63,123 nucleotides of DNA, filler included, from Mycoplasmatota bacterium (GCA_012727915.1; 12 parts of 12 records of this genome joined end to end with filler, not necessarily neighbours in it); one strand, 5' to 3'. Shown: positions 30,523 through 42,270, numbered from the whole stretch's first letter. Notes: generated by a model not told the origin, from the sequence alone. Program-made: numbers and translations.

Positions 30523-32718
30523 ATGAAAATTAAATGCACATTAAGAAATATATTTTACAAAAGTGATAATGGATTTATAGTTGGAGTAATAAAAGTAAAA
30601 GAATCTGATAGTGATGAATTAAAGGAATATATAGATAAAACTCTTACTTTTTCTGGGAACTTCATTGAATTAAATGAAGATTTTGATTATGTATTTATTG
30701 GAGAATTAGTTAACCATCCTAAATATGGAATTCAATTAAAGGTTGATAATTATGAAAAAATAATGCCTGAAGATAAAAGTTCTATTATTGCGTATTTATC
30801 TTCTGGTATATTTCCTAAGGTAGGAATAAGGACCGCTAGTAAGATTGTTAATACTTTAGGAGATAATTGTTTAGATATAATATTAAATAATTATCAATCT
30901 TTACTTATGATTCCAAGTATGAGCGAAAAAAGAGCAAACGAAATATATGAAATATTAAAAGAAGAAAAAATGAGTTATAAAGTGATTATATATCTTCAAG
31001 AGTTGGGGTTTTCGTTTAATCAATCTACAAAGATATATAAAAAATATAATAATGATACATATAATATTATAGAAAATAATATGTATTTATTGGTTGAAGA
31101 AATTAGAGATATTGGATTTAATCAAGTTGATTCTATTGCGTTATCAAAAAATATAGAAAAATTAGATGAAAGAAGAATAAATGCTTGTATTTTATATTCA
31201 ATTAATGATATATGTTTTAAAACTGGGAATACTTATACATTAATTGAAGATCTATATTTGACTGTAGTAAATATATTAAAAGCTAATATTGATATAGAAT
31301 CTTTAAAAGAATATTTAAATAATTTAATAAATATAAATAAGATAATTTGTGAAGAAGATAAATATTATTTGGTTAATTATTATGAAATGGAAAACAGAAT
31401 TGCTAGTAAAATAAATTATTTATTAAAAAAGAAAAAAGAAAAAATAAAAAATATATCTAAAACTATTGATATATTAGAAGAATTGTTTGGAATAAAATAT
31501 AATGATTTACAAAAAGAAGCTGTTGTAAGTTCTTTAGAAAATAATATTACTATTATTACAGGAGGACCAGGAACTGGAAAAACAACCATTATAAAAGCTA
31601 TTGTAGAAGCTTATAAAAGTATTAATGAATATACTATGGATGATTTAAACAAAAATCTAGTACTTCTAGCACCCACTGGGAGAGCATCAAAAAGGATTAG
31701 AGAAGCAACTGGTTTTTATGCATCGACTATTCATAAATTTTTAAAATGGAATAAAGAAAATGATGAATTTATGGTTAATGAAAATAATAAAAGTTATGCT
31801 AAATTTATTATTATAGATGAAACTAGTATGATAGATATATTTTTATTGGATAATTTATTTAAAGGGTTATTTGATGATGTTAAATTAATTTTTGTAGGTG
31901 ATTATAATCAATTACCTAGTGTACTTCCTGGTCAAATATTAAAAGATATGGTAGATAGTAAAGTTATAAATACTATTGAATTAAAAGATTTATATAGGCA
32001 AAAAGCGGATTCATATATTATTAATTTAGCGCATGAAATAAATTCTGGAAACTTAAGTAAAGAAGCTTTCATGAAAAAGGGTGATTATAATTTTATAGAA
32101 TGCGATAGATATTCAATTGAAAGATTAATTACTGATATATGTAAAAAATATTTGGAAAAGGGTTATAGTGAAAAGGATATTCAAATATTAGCGCCTATGT
32201 ATAAAGGAATAAATGGTATTGATAATTTAAATTCTAAGTTACAAGATGTATTTAATCCTAAAAAAGATCAATTAGAAATTACTTATTTAAATAATATATA
32301 TAGAGAAAATGATAAGATATTGCAAACAAAAAATATTTCTGATAGTGATATTTCTAATGGAGATATTGGTAAAATAGAAAGTATAGATTTAATAGATAAT
32401 ACATTATTATTTGATTTTGATGGAGAAACATTAGAATGTTCTAAACAAGATTTAGAAAACATTAAGTTGGGTTATTCTATAAGTATTCATAAAGCACAAG
32501 GTAGTGAATTTGATATAGTAATAATTCCTATGGATACATCTTTTTCTAGAATGTTATATAAAAAATTAATATATACCGCTGTTACTAGAGCGAAGAAGTA
32601 TTTGTTATTAGTAGGAGAAAAGGAAGCGTTATTAAGTTCTATTAAAAATAAAGAAGATACAGAGAGATTTACAGGTTTAAAAGACAGACTATTTAAAAAA
32701 GAAAAAATTGATGTATAA
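30523..32718 (+). CDS. recD2: RecD2 (YrrC-type) helicase
   Basis: HPKYG, GGPGTGKTT, APTGRA, DETSM, HKAQGSEF, YTAVTRAK. Confidence 0.92.
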   Translation: MKIKCTLRNIFYKSDNGFIVGVIKVKESDSDELKEYIDKTLTFSGNFIELNEDFDYVFIGELVNHPKYGIQLKVDNYEKIMPEDKSSIIAYLSSGIFPKVGIRTASKIVNTLGDNCLDIILNNYQSLLMIPSMSEKRANEIYEILKEEKMSYKVIIYLQELGFSFNQSTKIYKKYNNDTYNIIENNMYLLVEEIRDIGFNQVDSIALSKNIEKLDERRINACILYSINDICFKTGNTYTLIEDLYLTVVNILKANIDIESLKEYLNNLININKIICEEDKYYLVNYYEMENRIASKINYLLKKKKEKIKNISKTIDILEELFGIKYNDLQKEAVVSSLENNITIITGGPGTGKTTIIKAIVEAYKSINEYTMDDLNKNLVLLAPTGRASKRIREATGFYASTIHKFLKWNKENDEFMVNENNKSYAKFIIIDETSMIDIFLLDNLFKGLFDDVKLIFVGDYNQLPSVLPGQILKDMVDSKVINTIELKDLYRQKADSYIINLAHEINSGNLSKEAFMKKGDYNFIECDRYSIERLITDICKKYLEKGYSEKDIQILAPMYKGINGIDNLNSKLQDVFNPKKDQLEITYLNNIYRENDKILQTKNISDSDISNGDIGKIESIDLIDNTLLFDFDGETLECSKQDLENIKLGYSISIHKAQGSEFDIVIIPMDTSFSRMLYKKLIYTAVTRAKKYLLLVGEKEALLSSIKNKEDTERFTGLKDRLFKKEKIDV

Positions 32719-32733
32719 TTATAATAGGGTAAG

Positions 32734-34158
32734 GTGAGTGAAATGAATAAAACAAAGATAGTAGCAACTGTAGGTCCAATGTCTTCTACAAAGGAAATGG
32801 TAAAAAAAATGATTCTAGCGGGTACGGATGTATTTAGAATCAATTTATCACATTCTTCATATAAGGATGCTGAAAAGGTATGTGCACATATTAGAGCAGT
32901 AAATAGAGAATTAAATACAAATACGGGTATTCTTATTGATACTAAAGGACCCGAAGTAAGAACGGGGACAATTAATGGAGAAGTATTTATAGAAATAGAT
33001 GATACTGTTACATTAACTAGTAAAGAATGTTTTGGAGAATTTGGGAATATTCAAATAAGTTATAAAGATTTGTATAAAGATGTAAATATTGGAGATAGAG
33101 TACTAATCCATGATGGATTAATAGAATTAAAGGTTATTAATATAATAGATGAAGATATTAAATGTATTACTGTTCGTGGTGGTCAACTAAAAAGCCATAA
33201 AGGAATTAATATACCTGATTCACAGCTTAGTATAGACTTTTTATATAAAGAGCACAAGGAAGATATTGAATTTGCTTCTAGAATAAATGCAGATTTTGTT
33301 GCGCTTTCTTTTGTTAGAAACGCTAATGATGTATTAGATGTAAATGATATGTTAATTTCGTTAAAAAATGAACATTTACAAATAATTGCAAAAATAGAAA
33401 GTAGAAGCGCAATAGAAGATATTGATAATATTATAAAAGTAAGTGATGGAATAATGGTAGCAAGAGGAGATTTAGGAATTGAGATATCTTTGGAATCAAT
33501 ACCAAGTGTTCAAAAGAAATTAATAAAGCAAAGTTATTTAAAAGGTAAGGTTTGTATTGTGGCAACTGAGATGTTAACTTCAATGGAATCCACTTCAAGA
33601 CCTACTAGAGCTGAAGTATCAGATGTTGCTAATGCAGTAATAGATGGTGCTGATGCAGTAATGTTATCTGGAGAATCTGCTGTTGGACATTATCCAATTG
33701 AAGCAATAGAAACAATGAATAGAATAATAGATAGTACTGAAAATAATATGGATTATGATGAAATATTAATTAAACATACATCGCATGAAAATAAAGATGT
33801 TACTACTGTAATATCTCATAGTGTAGTAGATGCTGCAAATATGTTAAACGCTAAAGCAATTATTGCTACCACTATATCAGGCTATACAGCTAGAAAGATT
33901 AGTTCACATAGACCGTGTTGTCCAATTATTGCTACTACTCCAAGAAAAGAAACAGCAACTTCTTTATCTCTTCATTGGGGAGTGTTACCAGTAGTAGTAA
34001 AAAAATATACTACAACAGATGAAATAATGAAAAATGCAATAGATATTGTAAATGAAAAGTTTGTATTAGAAAAGGGAGACAAAATAATAATTACTGGAGG
34101 ATTTCCAATGAAACAAAATAGATATACTAACTTTTTAAAAATTGAAGAAATAGAATAA
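32734..34158 (+). CDS. pyk: Pyruvate kinase
   Basis: KTKIVATVGP, MVARGDLG, PTRAEVSD. Confidence 0.96.
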   Translation: MSEMNKTKIVATVGPMSSTKEMVKKMILAGTDVFRINLSHSSYKDAEKVCAHIRAVNRELNTNTGILIDTKGPEVRTGTINGEVFIEIDDTVTLTSKECFGEFGNIQISYKDLYKDVNIGDRVLIHDGLIELKVINIIDEDIKCITVRGGQLKSHKGINIPDSQLSIDFLYKEHKEDIEFASRINADFVALSFVRNANDVLDVNDMLISLKNEHLQIIAKIESRSAIEDIDNIIKVSDGIMVARGDLGIEISLESIPSVQKKLIKQSYLKGKVCIVATEMLTSMESTSRPTRAEVSDVANAVIDGADAVMLSGESAVGHYPIEAIETMNRIIDSTENNMDYDEILIKHTSHENKDVTTVISHSVVDAANMLNAKAIIATTISGYTARKISSHRPCCPIIATTPRKETATSLSLHWGVLPVVVKKYTTTDEIMKNAIDIVNEKFVLEKGDKIIITGGFPMKQNRYTNFLKIEEIE

Positions 34159-34225
34159 TTAATCACCATAAATGGTGATTTTTTATTTTTATTATGTTAA
34201 AATTAAATAGTATATAGGGAGGGTT

Positions 34226-34966
34226 TTGATGGAAAAAGAATATAGAATATTATTGGAGAGTTTTAGAAATTCATATTTTGTTAGAAGTTTAAAGTATCCA
34301 AATTCTTTGGAATATGATAATAAAGAAGACAAATTATCTAATATAAATAAAAAAACACCTGTTACTTTAAATGATATTTCATATAAAGATGGTAAGTATT
34401 ATTTAAGTGGTGTATTTAAAATTGGAGAGCATGTTTTTGATTGTTCTCAATTTTCTGATAGTTTTAATGAAAGTACTAGAATAGGAACTTATGGAAGCTA
34501 TGAATCAACTGCATATTTTCTTAATAATGATTTAAAATTTGAAACTACTTATTCTGCTTATAGAACCTTAGTGGGTTCTAATGAAGAAGTGTCTTCTATT
34601 CATGATAATATATATGATAAAAAAAGTACTATAGTTAAAAACTTTATAGAAAGAGTAAGCGGTACTTTTGAAGAAGAGTTTATTTATGAATCCGATGAAG
34701 ATGTTTATATTCATAAATCAAATAAAACTAGTGAAATAGAAACACTAAAGTTTGAAATAACTGATGAAGAAGTTACTATGATTAAAAATACACCCAAAAA
34801 TGATTTTAATTTAGTTCCTAGAAGGCAATATGCAGAACTAAAAAACGAAAGAGATAGATTGATTAGAATGATTAATCAACAAAAAGGAAGAGAAAAAACA
34901 AAAGAAAAAGGTAATAATAAACCTAAAGAAAAGGATAACTCAGCTCATAAAAAAAGAAGATATTAA
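34226..34966 (+). CDS. Hypothetical protein with basic C-terminal tail
   Basis: GGAGG SD; 246-aa ORF. Confidence 0.65.
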   Translation: MMEKEYRILLESFRNSYFVRSLKYPNSLEYDNKEDKLSNINKKTPVTLNDISYKDGKYYLSGVFKIGEHVFDCSQFSDSFNESTRIGTYGSYESTAYFLNNDLKFETTYSAYRTLVGSNEEVSSIHDNIYDKKSTIVKNFIERVSGTFEEEFIYESDEDVYIHKSNKTSEIETLKFEITDEEVTMIKNTPKNDFNLVPRRQYAELKNERDRLIRMINQQKGREKTKEKGNNKPKEKDNSAHKKRRY

Positions 34967-35002
34967 ATCTATTTATAAAAACACTTATTAGGAAGTGATA
35001 AA

Positions 35003-38000
35003 ATGCATGATAAATTAAAACTATTATTAGATAAAATAGGTATTAAAGAGGAATATTATTCTTTTTTTAATGATGGAGTTTTAGAAAAATTAAAAATATC
35101 TAAAGATAAAAAAGAATGGAATTTCATTATAAAATTAAAAGATACTTTAGATCCAATTGTATTTGATGAAATAAATAAGTCTTTAAATAAATATTATAAA
35201 GATTTAGAAGCATATATAACTTTAAAATATGAAAATGTATTAAATGAGAAAATTATAGATTATTATAAATTCTTTTTGGAAAAGCAAAGAAAATCTTATA
35301 AATCTTTATTGGATAATGATATATATTTAGAAGAAAAAAATATAATTATTGAAGTTACTAATAAAGTTGAAAGTAATAAAATTAATGAAATATTAGATGA
35401 TTTAAAAAAATATTTTAAATTATCTGGATTTGATTATAATTTAAAAGTTGTTTTTAATGAAGATAAAAGTGTTAAGATAAAAAATGAAATAGATAAGGAA
35501 ATTAAAGATAATTCTAAGGTTGAAAATAAACCAAAAGAAATAACATTAATATTTGGAGCAGAATCTAAAAAGAAAAGGAATTATTTAATTAAGGATATTA
35601 TTTCAGAAGATAATGATGTAGTAATAGAAGCATATGTATTTGGAGTAGATGTTAGAGATATTTCAAGTAAAAATTTAAAAATAATAACAATTAAAGTATC
35701 TGATAATACTGATAGTATTTATTGTAAGATTTTTTCTAAAGATGAAAAAGAAGCTGATTTGTTATTGAATAATTTAAAAGAAGGAGATTGGGTTAGAATA
35801 AATGGATATTCTAAAAATGATACTTTTTCTAAAGAGCTTGTATTAAATGTAAGAGGAATTACTAAGATTAAGCATTATAAAGAAGATATAGAAGATAAAT
35901 CTAATAATAAAAGAGTTGAATTGCATGCTCATACTTTTATGAGTCAAATGGATGGAGTAGTCTCTGTTAAGGATTTAATTAAAAGAGCACATAAATATGG
36001 GCATAAAGCTATTGCTATTACTGATAAGAATTGTGTTCAAGCTTTTCCTGATGCTCAAAAGGTAGTTAAAGAAATTAATAAAAGTAGTGATAATAAAATA
36101 AAATTGATATATGGTGCAGAATTAGTTGTTGTAGATGATGAAGTTAATATAGTTTTTGGAAGTTCTAATTTAGATTTAATTGATACTACATATGTAGTAT
36201 TTGATGTAGAAACTACTGGTTTTAATGCTACTAGTGGAGATTCATTAATAGAAATTGGTGCAGTTAAAATTAATAATGGAGAAATAATAGATGCTTTTGA
36301 TGAATTAATTAATCCTGGAAGACCTATACCATCTAACATTACTAAGTTTACTCATATAACTGATATGATGGTTAAAGATTGTAGAAATGAATTAGAAGTA
36401 ACTACTGATTTTAAGAAATGGATAGGAGATTTACCTTTAGTTGCGCATAATGCAAAATTTGATAGATCTTTTTTATCTAGTGTTTATAATAGATATAATT
36501 TAGGAGAATTAAATAACGCAATAATAGATACTATGCAACTTAGTAGAATATTAAATCCTGAGGAACCTAAGCATAATCTTTCAATAGTAACAAAAAGATA
36601 TGAAGTGGAATTTGATGAAGAATCTCATCATAGAGCTGATTATGATGCTAAAGCTACAGCTATAGTATTATCTAAAATGTTATTAAAACTTAGAGCAAGA
36701 GGGGTTCAAAAGATTGATGATTTAAAAAAATTGATGACAGAAGAAGATATATTTAGATTTGGTAATTTTTATCATATTTTAATATTGGTTCAAAAACAAG
36801 AAGGAATAAAAAATTTATATAAGTTGATATCTGATGCTAACACTAAATATTTACAAAAGACACCAAGAATTTTAAAGAGTGCAATAACTAACAATAGAGA
36901 AGGTTTATTATTAGGTAGTGCTTGTTCTGAAGGAGAAATATTTTCAAGAGCTAGAAGTTTAAGTAATGAAGAGATAAAAAATATTATGCAATTTTATGAT
37001 TTTATTGAAGTTCAACCTATAGAAAGTTATAATCATTTAATTCAAATGGGAGAATTTTCTAATGAGTTGGAATTACAAAATCATATTGAAAAAATTATTT
37101 CTTTAGCGTATGAAGAAAATATATTAGTAGTAGCAACTGGAGATGTTCATCATTTAGATAGGAAAGATAAAATATCTAGAGAAATCATAGTTAATCAAAA
37201 AGTACCTGGTGGAGGATTGCATTATTTAAATAAAAAAAATATAAGAGAAATACCTTCATCACATTTTAGAACAACAGATGAAATGTTAGAAAGTTTTGAT
37301 TTTTTAGATAAAAAGATAGTAAATGAAATAGTAATAGAAAATACAAATAAAATTGCTGATTCTATTGAAAATATTAAAATTATTCAAGATGAAAAAGAAC
37401 CGTATACTCCTATATTTGAAGGTTCAAAAGAAGAAGTGGAAAAAATGGTTTATGATAATGCTCATAAATTATATGGTAATAAGCTTCCTAAAATTGTAGA
37501 AGATAGAATAGAACAAGAATTAAAAGGTATAATTGGAAATGGTTATGATATTATTTATTTAATTTCTCAAAAATTAGTAAAGAAATCTAATGAAGATGGT
37601 TATATAGTAGGAAGTAGAGGTTCAGTTGGTTCTTCTTTTGTAGCAACTTTAATGGGTATTACTGAAGTTAATCCTTTGCCTGCTCACTATGTATGTCCTA
37701 AATGTAGTGAATCTATATTTGAAGAAGATGGTGTATTATTAGGATCTATTTATCCTTCTGGTTATGATTTACCGGATAAGATATGTAAATGTGGAAGTAA
37801 GATGAAAAAAGAAGGTCAAGATATGCCTTTTGCAACTTTTTTGGGTTTTGAAGGAGATAAGGTTCCTGATATAGATTTGAATTTCTCTGGAGAATATCAA
37901 TCAAGAGCGCATGATTATACAAAAGAATTGTTTGGAGAAAAATATGTATATAGAGCAGGTACTATAGGTACAGTTGCGGAAAAAACTGCATTTGGATTTG

Positions 38001-39307
38001 TTTTAGGTTATATGGAAAAAAAAGAAAAACACTTGAGAAAAGCTGAAGTAGACAGATTAGCACAAGGATTGATTGGAGTTAAAAGAACAACTGGTCAACA
38101 TCCTGGAGGAATAGTAATAATTCCTAATTATATGGAAGTATTTGACTTTACTCCATATCAATACCCCGCTGATGATCCTAAGTCAAAATGGTATACAACT
38201 CATTTTGATTTTGAAGCTATTCATGATTATGTTTTAAAATTAGATATATTGGGTCATGATGATCCAACTATGTTAAAAATGTTAGAAGATTCTAGTGGAA
38301 TAAAAATAGATGATATTCCGTTTGATGATAAAGATGTTTTCAAATTGTTTTCTTCTACTGAATCTTTAGGTGTTTCAAGTGAAGAAATTGAATGTGAAGT
38401 AGGAACATTAGGAGTGCCTGAATTTGGTACAAACTTTGTAATTGAAATGTTAAAAGATACTAGACCTGAGAACTTTGCGGAATTAGTAAAAATATCAGGG
38501 CTATCTCATGGTACAGATGTATGGCTTAGTAACGCTAAGAATTTAATAGAAAATAATACTGTAGATTTTAAAGATTTAATTGGTTGTAGAGATGATATTA
38601 TGGTTTATTTAATATATCAAGGATTAAAGCCAAAAGAAGCTTTTGATATTATGGAATTTGTTAGAAAAGGCAAAGCTTCTAAGGATAAAGAAACATGGGA
38701 AAAGCATGCTTCAACTATGAGGAAAGCAAATGTTCCTGAATGGTATATAGACTCATGTCAAAGGATTAAGTATATGTTTCCAAAAGCACATGCTACAGCT
38801 TATGTAATGATGGCACTTAGAGTAGCGTGGTTTAAAGTACATTATCCAATTTTCTATTATTCTGCTTACTTTTCAATAAGAGCTACAGATTTTGATATTA
38901 AAACAATGATCAAGGGTTATTCATCAATTAAAGAAAAAATAAGTATATTAAAAGAAAAAGGATTTGAAGCAACAAATAAAGAAGTTGCAATATTAGATGT
39001 ATTAAAGAGTGCTTTAGAAATGACTGCAAGAGGTTTTAAATTTGGAAATGTAGATATATACAAATCTGATTCAACTAAGTTTTTAATAGATGAAGATAAA
39101 AAGACACTTATTCCTCCTTTTATTTCTATAGATGGATTAGGAGATATAGTAGCAAAAAAAATTGTGGAAGAAAGAAATATAAAAGCCTTTACAAGTATTG
39201 ATGATTTTCAAAATAGAGGTAAGGTATCTCAAACAATTATCAATAATATGAGATTGATGGGTATATTAGATCAAATGCCTGAAACAAGTCAATTAAGTTT
39301 ATTTTAG
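35003..39307 (+). CDS. polC: DNA polymerase III alpha subunit, PolC type
   Basis: PHP (ELHAHT), exonuclease DVETTG, VPDIDLNFSG, YMFPKAHA. Confidence 0.97.
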   Translation: MHDKLKLLLDKIGIKEEYYSFFNDGVLEKLKISKDKKEWNFIIKLKDTLDPIVFDEINKSLNKYYKDLEAYITLKYENVLNEKIIDYYKFFLEKQRKSYKSLLDNDIYLEEKNIIIEVTNKVESNKINEILDDLKKYFKLSGFDYNLKVVFNEDKSVKIKNEIDKEIKDNSKVENKPKEITLIFGAESKKKRNYLIKDIISEDNDVVIEAYVFGVDVRDISSKNLKIITIKVSDNTDSIYCKIFSKDEKEADLLLNNLKEGDWVRINGYSKNDTFSKELVLNVRGITKIKHYKEDIEDKSNNKRVELHAHTFMSQMDGVVSVKDLIKRAHKYGHKAIAITDKNCVQAFPDAQKVVKEINKSSDNKIKLIYGAELVVVDDEVNIVFGSSNLDLIDTTYVVFDVETTGFNATSGDSLIEIGAVKINNGEIIDAFDELINPGRPIPSNITKFTHITDMMVKDCRNELEVTTDFKKWIGDLPLVAHNAKFDRSFLSSVYNRYNLGELNNAIIDTMQLSRILNPEEPKHNLSIVTKRYEVEFDEESHHRADYDAKATAIVLSKMLLKLRARGVQKIDDLKKLMTEEDIFRFGNFYHILILVQKQEGIKNLYKLISDANTKYLQKTPRILKSAITNNREGLLLGSACSEGEIFSRARSLSNEEIKNIMQFYDFIEVQPIESYNHLIQMGEFSNELELQNHIEKIISLAYEENILVVATGDVHHLDRKDKISREIIVNQKVPGGGLHYLNKKNIREIPSSHFRTTDEMLESFDFLDKKIVNEIVIENTNKIADSIENIKIIQDEKEPYTPIFEGSKEEVEKMVYDNAHKLYGNKLPKIVEDRIEQELKGIIGNGYDIIYLISQKLVKKSNEDGYIVGSRGSVGSSFVATLMGITEVNPLPAHYVCPKCSESIFEEDGVLLGSIYPSGYDLPDKICKCGSKMKKEGQDMPFATFLGFEGDKVPDIDLNFSGEYQSRAHDYTKELFGEKYVYRAGTIGTVAEKTAFGFVLGYMEKKEKHLRKAEVDRLAQGLIGVKRTTGQHPGGIVIIPNYMEVFDFTPYQYPADDPKSKWYTTHFDFEAIHDYVLKLDILGHDDPTMLKMLEDSSGIKIDDIPFDDKDVFKLFSSTESLGVSSEEIECEVGTLGVPEFGTNFVIEMLKDTRPENFAELVKISGLSHGTDVWLSNAKNLIENNTVDFKDLIGCRDDIMVYLIYQGLKPKEAFDIMEFVRKGKASKDKETWEKHASTMRKANVPEWYIDSCQRIKYMFPKAHATAYVMMALRVAWFKVHYPIFYYSAYFSIRATDFDIKTMIKGYSSIKEKISILKEKGFEATNKEVAILDVLKSALEMTARGFKFGNVDIYKSDSTKFLIDEDKKTLIPPFISIDGLGDIVAKKIVEERNIKAFTSIDDFQNRGKVSQTIINNMRLMGILDQMPETSQLSLF

Positions 39308-39357
39308 ATAAGATTATTCTTATCTTTTTATTATGATATAATTTAGGTGGTGATATT

Positions 39358-39993
39358 ATGTATTTCAATTTAGATGAAAACAAATATGAAATTGTTATTG
39401 AAAGAAAAAATAATAAAAATACTTATATAAGAGTTAAAGAAGATTTAAAAATATATGTCTATACTAATAAAAGAACTAAAGAAAAAGATATAATTAAAAT
39501 GATTGATGATAATTATGGTTCTATAACTAAAATGATTGAAAAAATAGAAAAAAAGAATAAACATAAAGATAAAAATTATCTATTAGGTAAGGAAATAGAT
39601 ATAGTAGTATTATCTAATCAAATACATCCTGAAATTTATAATAATAAGTTATATATTAAAGATAGAAATAAAATAGATAAATATTATAAAGAAATAGCGC
39701 TTTCTATATTTAGTGAAAGATTAAAAGAAGTATATAATTTATTTGAAGAAAAGATTCCATATCCTATTTTAAAAATAAGAAAGATGACAAGTAGATGGGG
39801 AGTATGTAATAGAAAAAATATAAGTATAACTTTAAATTTAGAATTAGTAAAAAAGGATGTAAAATATATAGATTATGTTATAATACACGAATTGTGTCAT
39901 TTTTTAGAGTTTAATCATTCTATAAAGTTTTGGAAATATGTCGAAAAATATTGTCCCGATTATAAATTTATTAGAAAAGAGATGAAAGAATAA
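39358..39993 (+). CDS. YgjP/SprT-like M48 metalloprotein
   Basis: SRWGVC, IHELCH and NHS..FW motifs. Confidence 0.85.
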   Translation: MYFNLDENKYEIVIERKNNKNTYIRVKEDLKIYVYTNKRTKEKDIIKMIDDNYGSITKMIEKIEKKNKHKDKNYLLGKEIDIVVLSNQIHPEIYNNKLYIKDRNKIDKYYKEIALSIFSERLKEVYNLFEEKIPYPILKIRKMTSRWGVCNRKNISITLNLELVKKDVKYIDYVIIHELCHFLEFNHSIKFWKYVEKYCPDYKFIRKEMKE

Positions 39994-40724
39994 TGGTAAT
40001 AAGTTCTACTGATAATTTTAAGATAAAAGAAATAAAAAAGTTACATAATAAGAAATATAGAGATATATTAGGTTTATTTATTGTTGAAGGAGAACATTTG
40101 GTTGATGAAGCCTTTAAAAATGGATACTTAAAAGAAGTGTTATTAGTAGAAGAAAGTAATATAAATATAGATATTAATAAAACATATATTTCTAAAAAAG
40201 TAATGAAAAGTATTAGTTTGTTAGAAAGTCCATCAAATGTTATTGGGATTTGTAACAAAATAAATGAAGATAAAAAATTGGGTAATAATATATTGATTTT
40301 AGATAATATACAAGATCCTGGTAATTTAGGAACTATAATTAGAAGTTCAACAGCATTTAATGTATCTTCTATTATTATAAGTGAAGATACGGTAGATATT
40401 TATAATGAAAAAGTAATAAGAAGTTCTCAAGGAATGATATTTAATATTAATATTATAAGAACTAATTTAATAGAAAAAATAAAAGAATTAAAAGAAGAGG
40501 GTTACTATATATATGGTACTGATGTAGTTGAAGGAATAGAACTTAAATCTATTGAAAAGAAAGATAAAAGTGTTATAATAATCGGAAATGAAGGACAAGG
40601 TATTAATGAAGAAACTAAGAAATTATGTAATGAATTTATTTATATTAATATGAGTAATAAATGTGAAAGTCTCAATGCTTCTGTTGCGGCTTCTATAATA
40701 CTTTATTTATTCAATAAGGATTAA
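39993..40724 (+). CDS. TrmH/SpoU-family RNA methyltransferase
   Basis: QDPGNLGTIIR, GNEGQG, ESLNASVA. Confidence 0.9.
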   Translation: MVISSTDNFKIKEIKKLHNKKYRDILGLFIVEGEHLVDEAFKNGYLKEVLLVEESNINIDINKTYISKKVMKSISLLESPSNVIGICNKINEDKKLGNNILILDNIQDPGNLGTIIRSSTAFNVSSIIISEDTVDIYNEKVIRSSQGMIFNINIIRTNLIEKIKELKEEGYYIYGTDVVEGIELKSIEKKDKSVIIIGNEGQGINEETKKLCNEFIYINMSNKCESLNASVAASIILYLFNKD

Positions 40725-40726
40725 AA

Positions 40727-41176
40727 ATGATATATATAGGTAAATATGTAAATACTCATGGTTTAAAAGGTGAAATTAGAATACTAAGTAATTTTTCTAG
40801 GAAAGATTTAGTATTTAAAAAAGGTAACATATTAATAATAGAAAATATAAATTTTGAAATAAATTCTTATAGAGTACATAAAAACTATGATATGGTTACA
40901 TTTAAAAACATTTCTAACATAAATGAAATTGAATATTTGAAAGGTAAAAATGTATATATAGATAATATTGATGTAGATTATTTAATAGAAGATTTAATTA
41001 ATTATAAAGTTTTATTAAATAATGAAGAACACTTTATTAAAGAAATTATAGAAAATAAGAAATATAAAATAATTGTGCTTAGTAATAATGTGATGATTCC
41101 ATTAATAGATAACTTTATAGAAAACATAGATAATGATAAAAAACTAATAATAGTAAGGGATGGTGTTGGTATATGA
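40727..41176 (+). CDS. rimM: Ribosome maturation factor RimM
   Basis: THGLKGE motif; upstream of trmD. Confidence 0.88.
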   Translation: MIYIGKYVNTHGLKGEIRILSNFSRKDLVFKKGNILIIENINFEINSYRVHKNYDMVTFKNISNINEIEYLKGKNVYIDNIDVDYLIEDLINYKVLLNNEEHFIKEIIENKKYKIIVLSNNVMIPLIDNFIENIDNDKKLIIVRDGVGI

Positions 41177-42270
41177 AAATTGATATTTTAACTTTATTTC
41201 CAAATATGTTTGAAGGTTTTTTAACTGAATCAATTATTAAAAGAGCTATTAAATCTAATAAAGTAAATATTGAAATAAATAATATTAGAGATTTTTCTAA
41301 AGATTCTCATAAAAAAGTTGATGATATTCCTTATGGTGGAGGATCGGGAATGGTTCTTATGTGCCAACCTATATTTGATGCTGTAAAAAGTTTAGCAAAA
41401 GATAATACAAAAGTAGTTTTATTGACTCCTCAAGGAATTCCTTTTAATCAAAAAATGGCTGAAAATTTATCTAAGGAAGAACATTTAATATTTATATGTG
41501 GTCATTATGAAGGTTTTGATGAGAGAATATTATCTATTTGTGATATGGAAATAAGTATAGGAGATTATGTTTTAACTGGTGGAGAATTACCTTGTATGGT
41601 AGTAACTGATGCTGTAGTTAGATTAGTAGATGATGTAATTGAAAAAGAATCTATTGAAAAAGAATCTTTTGTTGATGGTTTGTTGGATTACCCAACTTAT
41701 ACTAAACCAAGAGTATTTGAAGATTTAGAAGTACCAGATGTATTGCTATCTGGAAATCATAAAAATATAGAATCTTGGAGAGAAGAAGAAAGAGTAAAGA
41801 AAACTGAAGTAAAAAGACCAGATTTACTTGATAAAGGAAAATTCAAATTATATAAAAATTCGGAAAATGTAAAGATAATTGATTTAAAGGATTTGAAAGG
41901 ATATTCTTTTCATCCTAAGAACAATGCTAAGAGAACAGATTTAATTCCTGTTACTAATATGGAATTAATGTTTCAAAAATTTAAAAAAAATGTTGCAAAA
42001 ACTAATATTGATAAAAAAATATTAACTTTAATAAAAAGCTCTATATTGTTTTTTGAAGAAGACTCTAGTGAAGATAATGCCATAATTGTATTAGGAGAGG
42101 CAGAAAGATTAAAAGCATTAATTAAAAATTATGAAAAGATATTAGAAAAAGAATATAGAGAAGAAATAGAAGCAAAGATTGATTTGTTAATTCAAGAAAT
42201 AAAGATAGAGATGATTTCAAGTAAAAATAAAGAAGAAGAAATAGAAGAAAAGCAATCAAGAAGTAGATAA
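41173..42270 (+). CDS. trmD: tRNA m1G37 methyltransferase with ~140-aa C-terminal extension
   Basis: LTLFP, GHYEGFDER, SIGDYVLTGGE, SGNH, RPDLL, followed by an extra domain. Confidence 0.93.
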   Translation: MKIDILTLFPNMFEGFLTESIIKRAIKSNKVNIEINNIRDFSKDSHKKVDDIPYGGGSGMVLMCQPIFDAVKSLAKDNTKVVLLTPQGIPFNQKMAENLSKEEHLIFICGHYEGFDERILSICDMEISIGDYVLTGGELPCMVVTDAVVRLVDDVIEKESIEKESFVDGLLDYPTYTKPRVFEDLEVPDVLLSGNHKNIESWREEERVKKTEVKRPDLLDKGKFKLYKNSENVKIIDLKDLKGYSFHPKNNAKRTDLIPVTNMELMFQKFKKNVAKTNIDKKILTLIKSSILFFEEDSSEDNAIIVLGEAERLKALIKNYEKILEKEYREEIEAKIDLLIQEIKIEMISSKNKEEEIEEKQSRSR

